From Hemiscyllium ocellatum (Eukaryota), in NCBI RefSeq assembly GCF_020745735.1, contig NC_083431.1:19992496-20056495 (forward strand): a stretch of 64,000 nucleotides of DNA, read 5' to 3'. How positions within the stretch are numbered: the first letter of the stretch is position 1; every line of letters starts with the position of its first letter. The position numbers and the translations under genes are program-made. Below, in pieces: positions 26,740 through 39,130 of the stretch. Under the pieces are notes generated by a model. It did no database searches. It was not told the DNA's origin and worked only from the letters and a program-made list of their open reading frames with translations.

Positions 26740-27040
26740 ATCAAACAGCTTGCAAGATTATTTCACAGGGCAGCTAAGAATCAATCAGACTGCTGTGGAT
26801 CTGGAGTTACATAGGCCAGGCCAGGTAAGGATGGCAGATATCTTTCCCTAAAAGACATTAGTGAACTGGATGGGTTTCCACAACAGTCAGTGAGAGATTC
26901 ATTGGCATTATTACTGAAAACAGATTTCAATTTCAGATTTCATTAACTATTTCTACAAGTTGGTGTGGTGGGCTATGAACTCATGCCTCTACTGCGTTAG
27001 CATAACCCCTTGCCAACTAGTCCACTGACATTACCACTGT
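26740..27040 (-). mobile_element. tRNA-derived SINE, second family (diverged)
   Basis: Reverse complement of the body at 12210 (ggccag..caggtaagga, attagtgaac.ggatgggttt). Confidence 0.6.
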
Positions 27041-27235
27041 CTCCTTCATTCATTCTCTTTATTGTTTTCTGAACTGGGGCATTTCCACATTGTCGCAATT
27101 TCAGAAAACAATTCATTTTCAGTGAAGCTTTGACTTTTCTGCCCTTGATGCACAAATGAAATCTGCCGCATTGTCTTTGAAGTGTGAATCTTTAGATGGT
27201 ATTGTTAATGTTCTGTATTGCGGTGTTTCTTTCAG

Positions 27236-27425
27236 ACAACTGCGCAGTTGTAATGGAGATTGACCATGATCGACAGATGGTTTACTCAGAAACGCTGTCG
27301 CTGGCTAATTATGACCGGGACATGCTGCTGGCTGCCGTGCAGCCCTCAGAGGAACAGGTGGCAAGCCGTCTCACCACCCCCATCGTCACCACCCAACTAG
27401 ATACCAAGAACATCTCTTTCGAAAG
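27236..27425 (+). CDS. ANKRD13B: ANKRD13B coding exon (DNCAVVMEIDHDRQMVYSETL...TTQLDTKNISFER)
   Basis: tttctttcag| acceptor, AAG|gtaac donor; 190 nt, phase 1 to 2; ORF 27196..27429. Confidence 0.94.
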
Positions 27426-27461
27426 GTAACAATTGCTGCTTCCGTCCATATAGGTATTGGG

Positions 27462-28056
27462 CAGTAAGAGACTAAGGGGTGACCTTATATAGGTCTATAA
27501 AATCATGAGAGGCATTGATTAGGTAGATAGCCGATAGCTTTTCCCCATGGGAGGGGGGTATAAAAGTAAAGGTCATAGGTTTAAGGTGAGAGGGGAGAGG
27601 TACAAGAAAGGGACAACTCTTTCAAACAATTGTCAGAGGGTGGTGAGTGTCTGGAATGGACAGCCAGAGGTAGTGCTGGAAGTGAGTGCAGGTCATTCTG
27701 GTATAATGCGCGTTTTGTTAATGTGAATTCATTATAACACAATTGGTGAATTGGGGACACTGTTTCTAAAGCACGAACTTTTAAAGCATGTATTGGTTAG
27801 AACGCAGTTCGGGCTCTATTAGTTTAAATGCTGCTGCTATTACACCATTTTCTTATAACACGGGATTATATGAGAATGGAATTACTGCGTTATAGCAGAA
27901 CCGACTGTACAATTTTGTCTTCTATGAATGGGATGGGATAGCTATGCAGGGATACGGGCCAAATGCAGGCAAATGGGAGTAGTATCATTTTGAAAACTGG
28001 GCAGCATGAGCATGTGTTGAAGGGCCTGTTTCCATACTGTATACCTCTGTGACTCT
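27462..28056 (+). mobile_element. Diverged CR1 3' fragment interrupted by a MITE
   Basis: agactaaggggtgaccttatataggtctataaaatcatg (RLRGDL..VYKIM) through the 3' UTR. Confidence 0.75.
27689..27907. mobile_element. Tc1/mariner (Tigger-like) MITE
   Basis: Imperfect TIRs caggtcattctggtataatgc / gcgttatagcagaaccgactg; TA on the right flank, tg on the left; interrupts the CR1 sequence at a TA. Confidence 0.65.
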
Positions 28057-28058
28057 TT

Positions 28059-28768
28059 TAGTCATAGAGTCATAGAGATGTACAGCACAGAAACAGACCC
28101 TTCGGTCCAACTCGACCATGCCGACCAGATATCCCAACCCAATCTAGTCCCACCTGCCAGCACCCGGCCCATATCCTTCCAAACCCTTCCTGTTCATATA
28201 CCCATCCAGATGCCTTTTAAATGTTGCAATCGTACAAGCCTCCACCACTTCCTCTGGCAGCTCATTCCATATACGTACCACCCTCTGTGTGAAAATGTTG
28301 ACCCTTAGGTATCTTTTATATCTTTCCCCTCTCACCCTAAACTTATGCTGTCTAATTCTGGACTCCCCGACCCCAGGGAAAAGACTTTGTATACTTACCC
28401 TATTTATGCCCCTCATGACTTTATAAACCTCTATGAGGTCACCCTCAGCCTCTGACACTCAAGGGAAAACAGACCCAGCCTATTCAACCTCTCCCTATAG
28501 CTCAAATCCTCCAACCCTGGCAACATCCTTGTAAATCTTTTCTGAACCCTTTCAAGTTTCACAACATCTTTCTGATAGGAAGGAGACCAGAATTGCATAC
28601 AATATTCCAAAAGTGGCCTAACCAATGTCCTGTACAGCCGCGACATGACTTCTCAACTCCTGTACTCAATACTCTGACCAATAAAGGAAAGCATACCAAA
28701 TGCTGCCTTCACTACTCTATCTACCTGTGACTCCACTTTCAAGGAGCTATGAATATGCACTCCAAGGT
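28059..28768 (-). mobile_element. CR1 (HER1-like) LINE 3' fragment
   Basis: ORFs 28144..28458 and 28431..28646 give the CR1 ORF2 C-terminus; (TCTATGAC)n tail. Confidence 0.9.
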
Positions 28769-30579
28769 CCCAAGGTGTGTCATAAGAATGTGATCAAACA
28801 TCACTTCCGGCTATCCAATACCAAAGGACATTGGGAAACATGGCCAGTTGGTCAGAGTTATTGGACAAGGATCCCTGTCAGAATATTTGTGCTTCCAGGA
28901 CACAGGTTCAGAACTTTGGATTGAGTTCAATGTAGTTGAAGTAGAAATGTTTTGGATCTGAAATTTTGACGTAGAAATCCAAAAAAAAATTAATGCTCAG
29001 ATCAAATTCTTGAATCAGGCTTTGGTCCAAGATCTGAATTCAAACTTAAACCTCAATTTTCACTGTTTTTGAATTCTTTGCTTACTTGCAACAATTGTAC
29101 TATTTTAATTCAAATTGATTTTCTCAAAACATGGATCAAAAGGCAAATAAAGAAAAAAATGAAAATATTTCGTTTACATATCCACAGACAAGTAAACTAA
29201 TTATAGAAGCTAACCTCATGAATACACAGAAAGAAATGTATTTTTACTAAAGTTTGAGAAGAACGTAAATAGAAACTAAACCAAAATTTCAGTAGTAATT
29301 CTGAGATCTCTGTTTCTCTCAGTCTTGATGTTTGGGTACTAACATTTCTCACCCTGATTATACATAAGGTATTTTCTCAGGAGAAGTTCTCATTGTTTAC
29401 AATAGTTTTACTGGAAGATTGCTGTGCACAAAAAAGAGTTTTCTTGAACTTCCACCAAAAATTAATCCATAGATTACGAGAACCCCTTGAGGAAATTCAC
29501 CTTGATTCTTCATTTTCCAAATATTCACCTTCATCTTCAATGGATAGTTAAAAGCATCATTCAGGAGGACACTCTGGAGGTGCAGATACATGGATCTCCT
29601 TGAGAATTGGTAGGAAATTTGTATTGCTAAGAGTCAATTCCCTTGACCTTCAGGAAGAGTCCCAGACTCTGAGACAATGTCAAAAACCTCAGACAGATCC
29701 AACATCCTTATCTGGAATTTTTTAACCTAGGCATGAATGAACTTGATTAATTCCTGTGTAACAACTAATTCCACAATCACTCTTATTGACTCTAAATTCT
29801 CCAAGACCCCTTCATTAGCACCTTCCAAACCTACAACCACTTGAAGGACAACAGCAGCAGATAAGTGGGAGCATCGCCACCGACACATTCTGCTCCAAGT
29901 GTTCCCTCTTCCCCACCATCCTTCTGCCATTCCCTAATGTATAATTAGGTCAACATGAGGGTTTAGTTAAGAAAAAGAAGGAAGCATATGTAAGGTATAG
30001 ACAGGATAGATGGAGTGAATCCTTAGAAGAGTATAAAGGAAGTAGGAGTATACTTAAGAGGGAAATCGGGAGGGCAAAAAGGGGACATGAGATAGCTTTG
30101 GCAAATAGAATTAAGGAGAATCCAAAGGGTTTCTACAAATACCTTAAGGATAAAAGGATAATTAGGGAGAGAATAGGGCCCCTCAAAGATCAGCAAGGCG
30201 GCCTTTGTGCGGAGCCGCAGAAAATGGGGGAGATACTAAATAAGTATTTTGCATCAGTATTTATTGTGGAGAAGGATATGGAAAATATAGACTGTAGGAA
30301 ATAGATGGTGACATCTGTCCAGATTACAGAGGAGGAAGGGCTGGATGTCTTGAAATAGGTAAAGGTGGATAAATCCCCAGGACCTGATCAGGTGTACCCG
30401 AGAACTCTGTGGGAAGCGAGAGAAATGATTGCTGGGCTTCTTGCTGAGATATTTGTATCATCGATAGTCACAGGTGAGGTGCTGGAAGTTGGAAAACATG
30501 GTGCCACTGTTTAAGAAGGGTGGTAAGGACAAACCAGGGAACTATAGACAATGAACCTGACCTCGGTGTTAGGCAAGTT

Positions 30580-30903
30580 GATTAGATTATGTACTTACTT
30601 ACTGTGTGGAAACAGGCCCTTCGGCCCAACAAGTCCACACCGACCCTCCGAAGAGCAACCCACCCAGACCCATTCCCGTACATTTACCCCTTGACCTAAC
30701 ACTACAGGCAATTTAGCACAGCCAATTCACCTAACCTGCACATCTTTGGACTGTGGGAGGAAACCGGAGCACCCGGAGGAAACCCACGCAGACACGGGGA
30801 GAATGTGTAAACTCCACACAGACAGTTGCCCGAGGCGGAAATTGAACCCGGGTCTCTGGTGCTGTGAGGCAGCAGTGCTAACCACTGTGCCACCGTGCCA
30901 CCC
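30580..30903 (-). mobile_element. HE1/V-SINE-type SINE
   Basis: Full copy, very similar to 22088-22404. Confidence 0.9.
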
Positions 30904-31163
30904 TGTGTTGGAGGGAATCCAGAGGGACAGGATGTACATGTATTTGGAAAGGCAAGAACTGATTAGGGATAGTCAACATGGCTTTGTGCATGGGAAATCA
31001 AGTCTCACAAACTTGATTGAGTTTTTTGAAGAAGTAACAAAGAAGATTGATGAGGGTAAAGCAGTAGCTGTGATCTATATGGACGTCAGTGAGGCATTCG
31101 ACAAGGTTCCCCACAGGAGACTGATTAGCAAGGTTAGATCTCATGGAATTCAGGGAGAACTGT

Positions 31164-31460
31164 GGGCAGCACAGTGGTACATTGGTCAGCACTGCTGCCT
31201 CACAGTGCCAGAGACCCGGGTTCAATTCCCGGCTCAGGTGACTGACTGTATGGAGTTTGTATGTTCTCCCCATGTCTGCGTGGGTTTCCTCCGGGTGCCC
31301 CGGTTTCTTCCCATAGTCCAAAGATGTGCAGGTCAGGTGAATTGGCTATGCTAAATTGCCCGTAGTGTTAGGTGAAGGGGTAAATATGGGTGGGTTGCAT
31401 CAGTGTGGACTTGTTGGGCCGAAGGGCCTGTTTCCACACTGTTAGTAATCTAATCTAATC
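31164..31460 (+). mobile_element. HE1/V-SINE-type SINE
   Basis: tRNA head with ggttcaattcc B box, V-like core, (AATCT)n tail. Confidence 0.88.
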
Positions 31461-32276
31461 TTTCTTACACAGAGGGTGGTACGGGTATGGAATGAACTGT
31501 CAGAGGAAGTGTTGGAGGCTGTTACAATTGCAACATTTAAGAGGCATTTGGATGGGTATATGAATAGGAAGGGTTTGGGTGCTGGCAGGTGGGACTAGAT
31601 TGGGTTGGGATATCTGGTTGGCATAGACGGGTTGGACCGAAGGGTCTGTTTCCATGCTGTACATCTCTATGATTCTATGACTGCCTCCCTAACAGAATTG
31701 TGGGTCCACTTACAGCACATTGACTACAGTGGTTCAAGAATGCAGTTCACCACCATCCTCTCAAAAGCATCTGAGGGATTGGCAGTTAATGCTGGCACTG
31801 CCCACTTCCTATGAATAAATAAAAAATAGCACCACAATGTCTGATTACAAACCCTCCGCACTTCTATTCTAGACCTGTCCCACGCAAATCTGACTACCTG
31901 CCTGGTCTGACTGGGCCCCATAATCCGATTACCCTCCGTTACCTGGGCCAACCTCCCCTACCTTGCAATTACCACCCTATAACCCTGATGCACTCACCTA
32001 CTCAACCACCTTACCACTCTTTCATCTCACATATCAAATACCCACACTACCAATCAGCCTCCTCACCAAACCCTGACTCTACCAGCTTACCAACCTAGCA
32101 CCTCACCTACCTGCCACCATACCACCTGTTGCCGTGTCCAACTCCCACCCTGCCTACTCACCCATTCATCGACTCACCCACTCTTTCACCTATTCACTAG
32201 CATTTACACTGAGTATTGAAACTTACAGCAGCTAGTGCTCCAAACCAAAAGGCGCGTGGTCTGTCTTCCTCCAAGG

Positions 32277-32362
32277 TAAAAACAGTGACTGCAGATGCTG
32301 GAAATCAGATTCTGGAGTAGAGTAGTGCTGGAAAAGCACAGCAGTTCAGGCAGCATCCGAGG
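32277..32362 (-). mobile_element. Single-arm 86-bp PLE terminus (family A)
   Basis: Perfect 15-bp TSD tgtcttcctccaagg at 32262-32276 and 32363-32377. Confidence 0.82.
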
Positions 32363-33692
32363 TGTCTTCCTCCAAGGCCACTTTCCTAAAGCGCTTCTTT
32401 CGTATGTACTTTGCCAAATAGATCATGATTCAATGTCTTGGCCAGAAATACAAAGGAGCACCAAGGTACAGTGAAGTAGAAGCAGACCAGTAAACTGACT
32501 GTGATAGCTGCTTCACGGAAGCTTCCGGCTACTGACTCCCTGCAAGACCTTTGCACTGTTCCTTTTATCTTTTAACTGATTTCCTTGGTTCACTGACAGC
32601 TCTTGAATTCATTTTGCCATTCCTCAATCCATACATGACTTTTTGATTTTGTTTATGTTCTTACCTATATAGAATATAAGGGTTATATTCTGACTTGTAA
32701 GCTGCAGTCTTGTGCCTCATTATTTTCCTCTCAGACTCTATTCTAACTCTCTATTGCTTCTTTTCTTTCTTTCTTCACAGTTTGCAGGAACACAAATTAC
32801 ATGTGTACAACCTCTTTCCCAGCCTCCCTCTTGACCCTCTTCACTTTTTTCCCAGTTGCTTCAAGCATGACAGAAAGCTAAAAGAGCCAAGGCTTGATCT
32901 CATAGGCATTTTGCTTTGTTGTATCATTTGGGATACACTTTCTCATCTTCCCAGTGTCAGCAATTCAACAATGTTTATTAAATTAGCAGCTGATGGCCAA
33001 CCTAAGGGCCAACTCATGTGGCACAAAATATAGTGGACTGTGAAGTTTTCTAGAGTGATGTGTAATGGTGAATTTAATCACATAGTCATTTACTTACAAA
33101 TGAATTACAATGTTCCATTTTCCAGCCTCTGCTTAAATGGTGTAAGTTTCTTAATTTCAAAACTAATCCCTTCTAAAGCAGACGTTTCTGCAATGAGCGT
33201 TTTTGTACACATCAATCCTTGTTAGTTGGTACCACTTCCAATTCTGTACAATAACCACACAGAGGATGACAATTGAACTATCAGGTTTTTCGCACATATT
33301 TTTGTCATATTTACTGTCAGCATTCCTAAAGTGCTGTATAAAGTAATTTAATCAGTCATCTAATTCAGTCGTGTTAGCGTGTTAAGTTGATATTTTTGAC
33401 CTAACAGACATTTTTCAATGCGTATTTTATTTGAGTATTAAACAAAAATGCACTTATTTTCGATATATTGTTTTATACCTGATCACTGTGTTTTTGAAAG
33501 GCTAAGAGAGATAGAAAGAGAGCATTCCTTCCAGTTCTGCTTTTATGAATGCAGTTTTTTCTCTCTCTGTCCAAAAGCTGTTGCCCGAAGTATAGTTTCT
33601 TTGTGTATTCCCATGTCTGGTTTCATTTTTTTCAAGCTGCATAAACTGTAGACAACTTCAATGTGGAACTTCCAGAAAGATGTAAATTAAAC

Positions 33693-34215
33693 CAAGTTAA
33701 AAGTCACACAAAACCAGGTTATAATCCAACAGGTTTATTTGGAAGTACTAGCTTTTGAAGCACAGGTAACTGTGGAGTAGGATCAAAAGACACAGAATTT
33801 ATAGCAAAAGATCACAGCATCATGCAACTGAAATGATATATTGAACAAGCCTAGATTGCTATTAAGTCTTTCATTTTTTAGAATGGGTTGCAGGTTTCGG
33901 TTCATTAATACATAAATCCCAGAACTTCTTTCATGTCATATTCTCGAGATAACTTAAGGTTTTATTTAAAGAGGTGACATCTCAGCTCAGAGAATGCGTT
34001 AAAGGTGTGAGGTTAGAATCTGTCTGTATCCCAAACTTGAGCCCAACTGGTTCTATTTCCAAAGTAGAAATTTATAAAATGCTACATGGATTGACTGCCT
34101 GTAGATTGTGTGCAACCCGTACAACCCTACTGCCAAATAAACCTGTTGGACTCTAGCCTGGTGTTGTGTGATTTTTAACCTTGTCCACCCCAGTCCAACA
34201 CCGGCACCTCCACGT
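33693..34215. mobile_element. Fold-back PLE-terminus element (family B)
   Basis: Long arm matches 54579-55020; short inverted arm 34130-34215; flanking tgtaaatt duplication. Confidence 0.75.
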
Positions 34216-34329
34216 TGTAAATTGAAACAGTCAGAATTGCACTATAATCATAGCCTTAATCTTATTTTTTGGTACCTTCTGAGGCCAAGTGGGTAAATTT
34301 ATAGAGCTAGATTCAACGGGTTTTTTGAA

Positions 34330-34470
34330 ACTAAAATTGCTGGAGAAACTCAGAAATATTCTGATGAAGAGTCACTCGAAACATTAACTCTGCTTACTTC
34401 TCACAGATGCTGCCAAAGCTGCTGACTTTTACCAGCAATGTCTGCTTTTGATCCAGATCTCCAGCATTTA
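34330..34470. mobile_element. PLE-terminus element (family D) with hammerhead-like core
   Basis: CTGATGA-A-GAG-TCA-CTC-GAAA-CATT at 34361-34385. Confidence 0.6.
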
Positions 34471-34929
34471 TAGATCTTATATGACTTGACAAGGTTCTTT
34501 CCCTAGTCTGTACAGAGTTAACTGATCTCAACTACATAAGTCCATTCCAGTGGTCCAATTCCTTTCCTAATGGAATCTACTGAACTCAGACAAGATATCT
34601 GCAGCCAATGACCACTCTATTTACAACATCATGTGAATATTTAATTACAAACTCTTTAAACAGAATGTTGATGGTGAAGGTTAATTATTAGGCCAAGTTC
34701 ATGGCATTCCTTGGCAATTCTGTTCAAGCAAAGTAAAACAAAATGGTTTTTGTATCGATCAAATTTCAAAGAACAATGTAGAAAACACTGGACGTCTAGA
34801 AATAAATGTGGGTAAGGTTTGAACTCACTGTAAATACATTCAATTACCAGAGTTAAAATCAGGCCAGAGGACTGAACTTGGGTTCCAACTACAGCATGTA
34901 AATACCACTGTAAAGACAAAGAACATAAA

Positions 34930-35212
34930 ATCACTACAAGTGTTGAAGCAGGCCATTTGACCCATTGAGTCCACACTAGTTCTCCAAAGAGCATCCCACC
35001 CCATCCCAGTAACCCTGCATTTCCCATGGCCAGTTCACCTCAGCTGTACATCTCTGGATGCCATGGGCAATTCATCATTGCCAATCTACCTATCTTTGGA
35101 CTGTAGGTGTAAACCTGGGGAGAATGTACAAACTCCACGCAAGCAATCATCCAAGGCTGGAATTGAACCCAGGTCCTTAGTGCTGTGAGGCAGCAGTGCT
35201 AACCACTGAACC
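34930..35212 (-). mobile_element. HE1/V-SINE-type SINE (diverged)
   Basis: ggaattgaacc...gaggcagcagtgctaaccactg head in reverse orientation. Confidence 0.78.
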
Positions 35213-35907
35213 ATCCCCAAAGTGCTTGAGAATGGGAAGATGTCTATTTTAGCTCAGCAGTAATAATTGATATAGTACAGTTCAGTTATCAACCACAACA
35301 ATATGCCTGGAGAAAACAATATCTAGGGCATCAGTGTGAATTTTTCACAATTCCCTACACTGGCCATCTTACTGGTTAGTTGGCTAAATTGGTCAAATTA
35401 AACCAAGTGTTGCACAAATTAAAAATTGCATTGAAACAGTTAAACAATTAATACAGAATTATTATCTTCATCCAATCAATCCTGAATTTCCTGAAGATTC
35501 TATTGTCACTGCCTCCTAGAAGGATACTTAGCATCTTACTAACTGTCCATGATCAATTGGCTGACAATTTAAGAATATAATAACAGGTGTTAGTCAAATG
35601 GCACTTCATATTTCAATTCATTCACTCAAATAATGATTAAAGTTTAAAAATGTACCTGACTTTATTAATTAGATGTGGCGTGATACAAAAATTAAACTAT
35701 CAGCTAAATGCAAAACCAGTTCATTATTCTGTTTTCTTCCCCAACCTTTGCTTGGAGTGATCTTGATGTTTGCCAGTTTTAAATGCTTCAAATAACATGA
35801 CTTAAACTGACATATTTCACTGAGTAGTCTATCAGTTTTTGAGGCATTTGACAACAGTGTTGAATATGACTTCAGTACTACCGTCTTTTCTAATTTTCCT
35901 TTCTCAG

Positions 35908-35974
35908 AAATAAATCTGGAATCCTGGGTTGGAGAAGTGAGAAGACTGAGATAATAAATGGATATGAGTCCAAG
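35908..35974 (+). CDS. ANKRD13B: ANKRD13B coding exon (NKSGILGWRSEKTEIINGYESK)
   Basis: ttttccttttctcag| acceptor, AAG|gtaatg donor; 67 nt, phase 2 to 0. Confidence 0.93.
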
Positions 35975-36257
35975 GTAATGGAATGTGCTAACCATTGAAC
36001 AATGCCCTATCATGTTCTGCAAACAACAGGGAATAACATTTATGATTTAGTGCTCCCAATACAAAGATTTCTATCACCAAATAACAGATAATGAACTTTA
36101 AGCTTAGAAATTAACATATTTGATTAACATCTTAATTTTAATTGATGGAAATTAGACTCACCAATTATTGATCTCTATGTCTAAATTGTACTCAGTGGCT
36201 CATTGTACTTCAGTGATTTTCTTCGAAAATAAAACTCACTCTCATGCATCCTTATAG

Positions 36258-36339
36258 GTTTATGGAGCTTCCAACGTGGAACTAGTTACTCGGACAAGAA
36301 CGGAGCACCTGTCAGACCAGAACAAGAGTAAAAGCAAGG
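36258..36339 (+). CDS. ANKRD13B: ANKRD13B coding exon (VYGASNVELVTRTRTEHLSDQNKSKSK)
   Basis: ccttatag| acceptor, AGG|gtaagt donor; 82 nt, phase 0 to 1. Confidence 0.93.
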
Positions 36340-37872
36340 GTAAGTGAAGGAGAGCATTACTGGGCCTATGATGAGCATATGAAAGCAAGTCGTGCAGTGA
36401 CAGCTCATTAACACTAACACTGGAGAAAAGGAACAGTGACAAGTGGCTCAGGCAATCTATTCCTTACAGACTATAGGAACAGAATAAGTCCAGAACAGGG
36501 AAAGGCTCTGAAAGTGAGTGATAGGAGGACGGTAAAGTTAGTTTTGAAAATAATTAATAAATCAATAACAGGATGTATGCTCAAAATCATCTGTCTGTGG
36601 AGCGTTGTTGGAGTCAGTGGTGTATTAATTTCATAAGGTTCTCTCCCCGTATTCTTGCCACATTGCTGAGTACATGACTCTCTCTCTCTTGCAAAAATGG
36701 AAGTAACATGAGAGTTCCATACCTGATCCAATTCCGTTCCTGTATATTATAGCACTGCCCATTTATCATTAGCTGCAGGTTTCCAGTGACAGGCAGAGCA
36801 TTAAAAATATGATAATTCAGTATTTGAAAAATGCTGACAAAACCATAATCTGGTTAGGTGCTTTTGATAAGATTAAAAACTACAAGATTCAAATGCAAGA
36901 TGTTAAGCAGGCATTTTACTGGCAACATTATATACCTTTGTAAGGAGCTCATGGTAAGAAAAAAGTACACATGACATAAGTCACTGAAGAGTGAGAATGA
37001 GTGAACAACCATTGGGGATAGCTATAGGAAGATAATGAGATAGTTTGTGGCATCCATGGCTAGTCCAGCAATTCTGTAGTGTTATGCAGTGTTAAGGAGC
37101 AAGCCACGTTAAACCATGCAATATATGGGAAGTTAACCCAGAAACTGTTTATGGGCTAAGTATGTGTGGCCATGTATGTATTATTGTTTGATCCAATAAT
37201 AATATCAATTGATTCATCTGTGATGGAATCAAGAAAATTATACATTCTCTTACTGTATAATAATATTAAATATTAAAATATTTTTATGTTCAGTCTTGAA
37301 ACACTGAGTATTTCCAATCCAACGTGTGTCAATTATCTTCACCAGATGAAGAGCATCCAGCTAAAGATTTAATTTAGATTCACTTGCTTCAGCAGTGATT
37401 TAATTAACTGAGGCACAAATACCGCAAATGAGCTTTTTAAAAAGCTTATCAACACTGTGATGTAAGCATACTGTTTTGAGTTAATTAGTTGCAGTATTTA
37501 ATATGGAGTGAAAAGCTATTGGAATATAATGATAGGTTTCAGCTCTTGGTTCTATGTAAAGGCTAGGCAGCCTCACCTTTGTGTGACTTGGGCTCCCTTA
37601 CATGGTGATCTTAATGAGGTACCAGAAGTGTAATGTCAGAGCTAAATAATTTTCGGCTCAAAACTGATTATTTGCAGTGGAAACATTTTTGTGCAATGCC
37701 ACGATTGAGGAAGGCGTGCCAGTTCTGGGCTTATTCAAAGTCAGCAGCGTAATTGTTTAATTTGCTGATGTTGTTTGGATTTGCTACCTGGGGGCAAAGA
37801 GCTGGTGTTACAGCACCCATTTGCATTTCTCAACCCCAGATTGTGTTTTTTTCAAATTGTTTCAACCTCTAG

Positions 37873-37959
37873 GGCACCGGCGACACAAACCTGTTTCAAC
37901 CGCGTCCACTCTGTTGGTCCACCAACGAGTTATCCCATCGAGCAGCCAGAAGATCAGAA
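37873..37959 (+). CDS. Candidate alternative cassette exon of ANKRD13B (GHRRHKPVSTASTLLVHQRVIPSSSQKIR)
   Basis: Pyrimidine tract with about 30 nt free of AG before ctctag|; donor A|gtaaag; 87 nt, phase 1 to 1 matching its intron; open frame; CpG-rich compared with flanks. Confidence 0.45.
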
Positions 37960-38028
37960 GTAAAGTGTTTTTATATTTGTCTAAAATTTCAAAGTGTTCA
38001 TTTTAGTGACATCTGAGTAAGCTTACTA

Positions 38029-38327
38029 CAGTGGAACCTTCATTATCCACAATCCTATTAGCCTTTCATAGCAATTGTCTGCTAGAATTTTCATAAGACA
38101 GAAGCCCAGTGTGAAATATCACCAGGTTGCTCAGCCCCTTTTGTTATTTGTATTTCATCTCCTTTTGTTACTGAATCAACCTACATTTATTGGTAATTGT
38201 ATCATGCCCGTCTTCATTCCTGTGCCTAGGGTATTGCTGCACAGTTAGGGGGTCAGATTTGAAGACTGTCAATTATTCACCAATTTCCATAATCCACTTC
38301 CTCTGGTGGATAATGGAGTTTCCGCTG
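38029..38327. mobile_element. Tc1/mariner (Tigger-like) MITE
   Basis: TIRs cagtggaaccttcattatccac / gtggataatggagtttccgctg with TA on both flanks (38027-28, 38328-29). Confidence 0.75.
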
Positions 38328-38723
38328 TACTTTCATAGGTTTCTGTTCAGCATTATAAAAAATTGATAAGCTGGGGGAATCTGGAATTCCCTGAAGCTGT
38401 TGGCAGTGTAAGAATTAAGTTTCAGTGAAAGACTTCTTCACCTAAATGGATAACAGTTCAATATTGGATGAAAACAGAAGCAAAGATAATGGATTAGAAG
38501 CAAAAGTAGGCTTAATATAATTTAGAAATGTCCCTCAGTGCCATTACTGTCCATTACAGACTACAAAATGACAACACTGATTATATTGTTCTGCATTATT
38601 GACTGTCTTTCATTGGGAATGGTTCAGCTATATGTGTTGTTTTTGTTATGCTCAAATTTATCATCATGTTGCATATGTTACTTCAATGTTACGGGTGCAA
38701 ACAAATCTGGAGACTTTACCAAA

Positions 38724-39130
38724 TAAAAACAGAATACTACAGATGCTGGAAGCTGAAATAAAAACATATGATACTGGAGAAACTCAGCAGAGCTGGCAGA
38801 ACTGATGGAGAGAAAAACAGTTAACATTTTGAATCTTTGGAAATCCCTTTCTTTTTAGATCTGAAGAAGAGACAGGTTGGACTCAAAACATTAACTCTGT
38901 CTGAGAGTATTGAGAAGATTTGTAGCTCAGGTTGAGGTTCTGGATGTAAGTTTGCTCACTGAGCTGCACAGTTCATTTTCAGACATTTCGTCACCATTCT
39001 AGGTGACAAAATGTCTGAAAATGAACCTTCCAGCTCAGTGGGCAAACTTACATCCAGTTAACTCAGTTTCTCTCCTCACTGATGCTGCCACACCTGCTGA
39101 GTTTCTGCAGTGATTTCTGTTTCTATTTGG
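38724..39130. mobile_element. Family D fold-back with a nested family-C-like hairpin insertion (38901-39057)
   Basis: Outer arms ctggagaaactcagcag / cctgctgagtttctgcag; inner insertion flanked by ttaactc(t/a)gt at 38891-38900 and 39058-39067. Confidence 0.7.

Larger units (their letters stand above)
29953..31681 (+). mobile_element. CR1 (HER1-like) LINE fragment carrying two SINE insertions and an internal deletion
   Basis: IKENPKGFYKY, SQHGFVHGKS.LTNLIEFFEEV, AFDKVPH; after the second SINE the sequence resumes at the F.TQRVV 3' end. Confidence 0.85.

Noticed and set aside
33578-33589. Possible 12-nt microexon (ctgttgcccgaa) after a TGC plus pyrimidine tract
   Set aside because: Frame-preserving, but the AAG acceptor and very weak GAA|gtatag donor give too little support.
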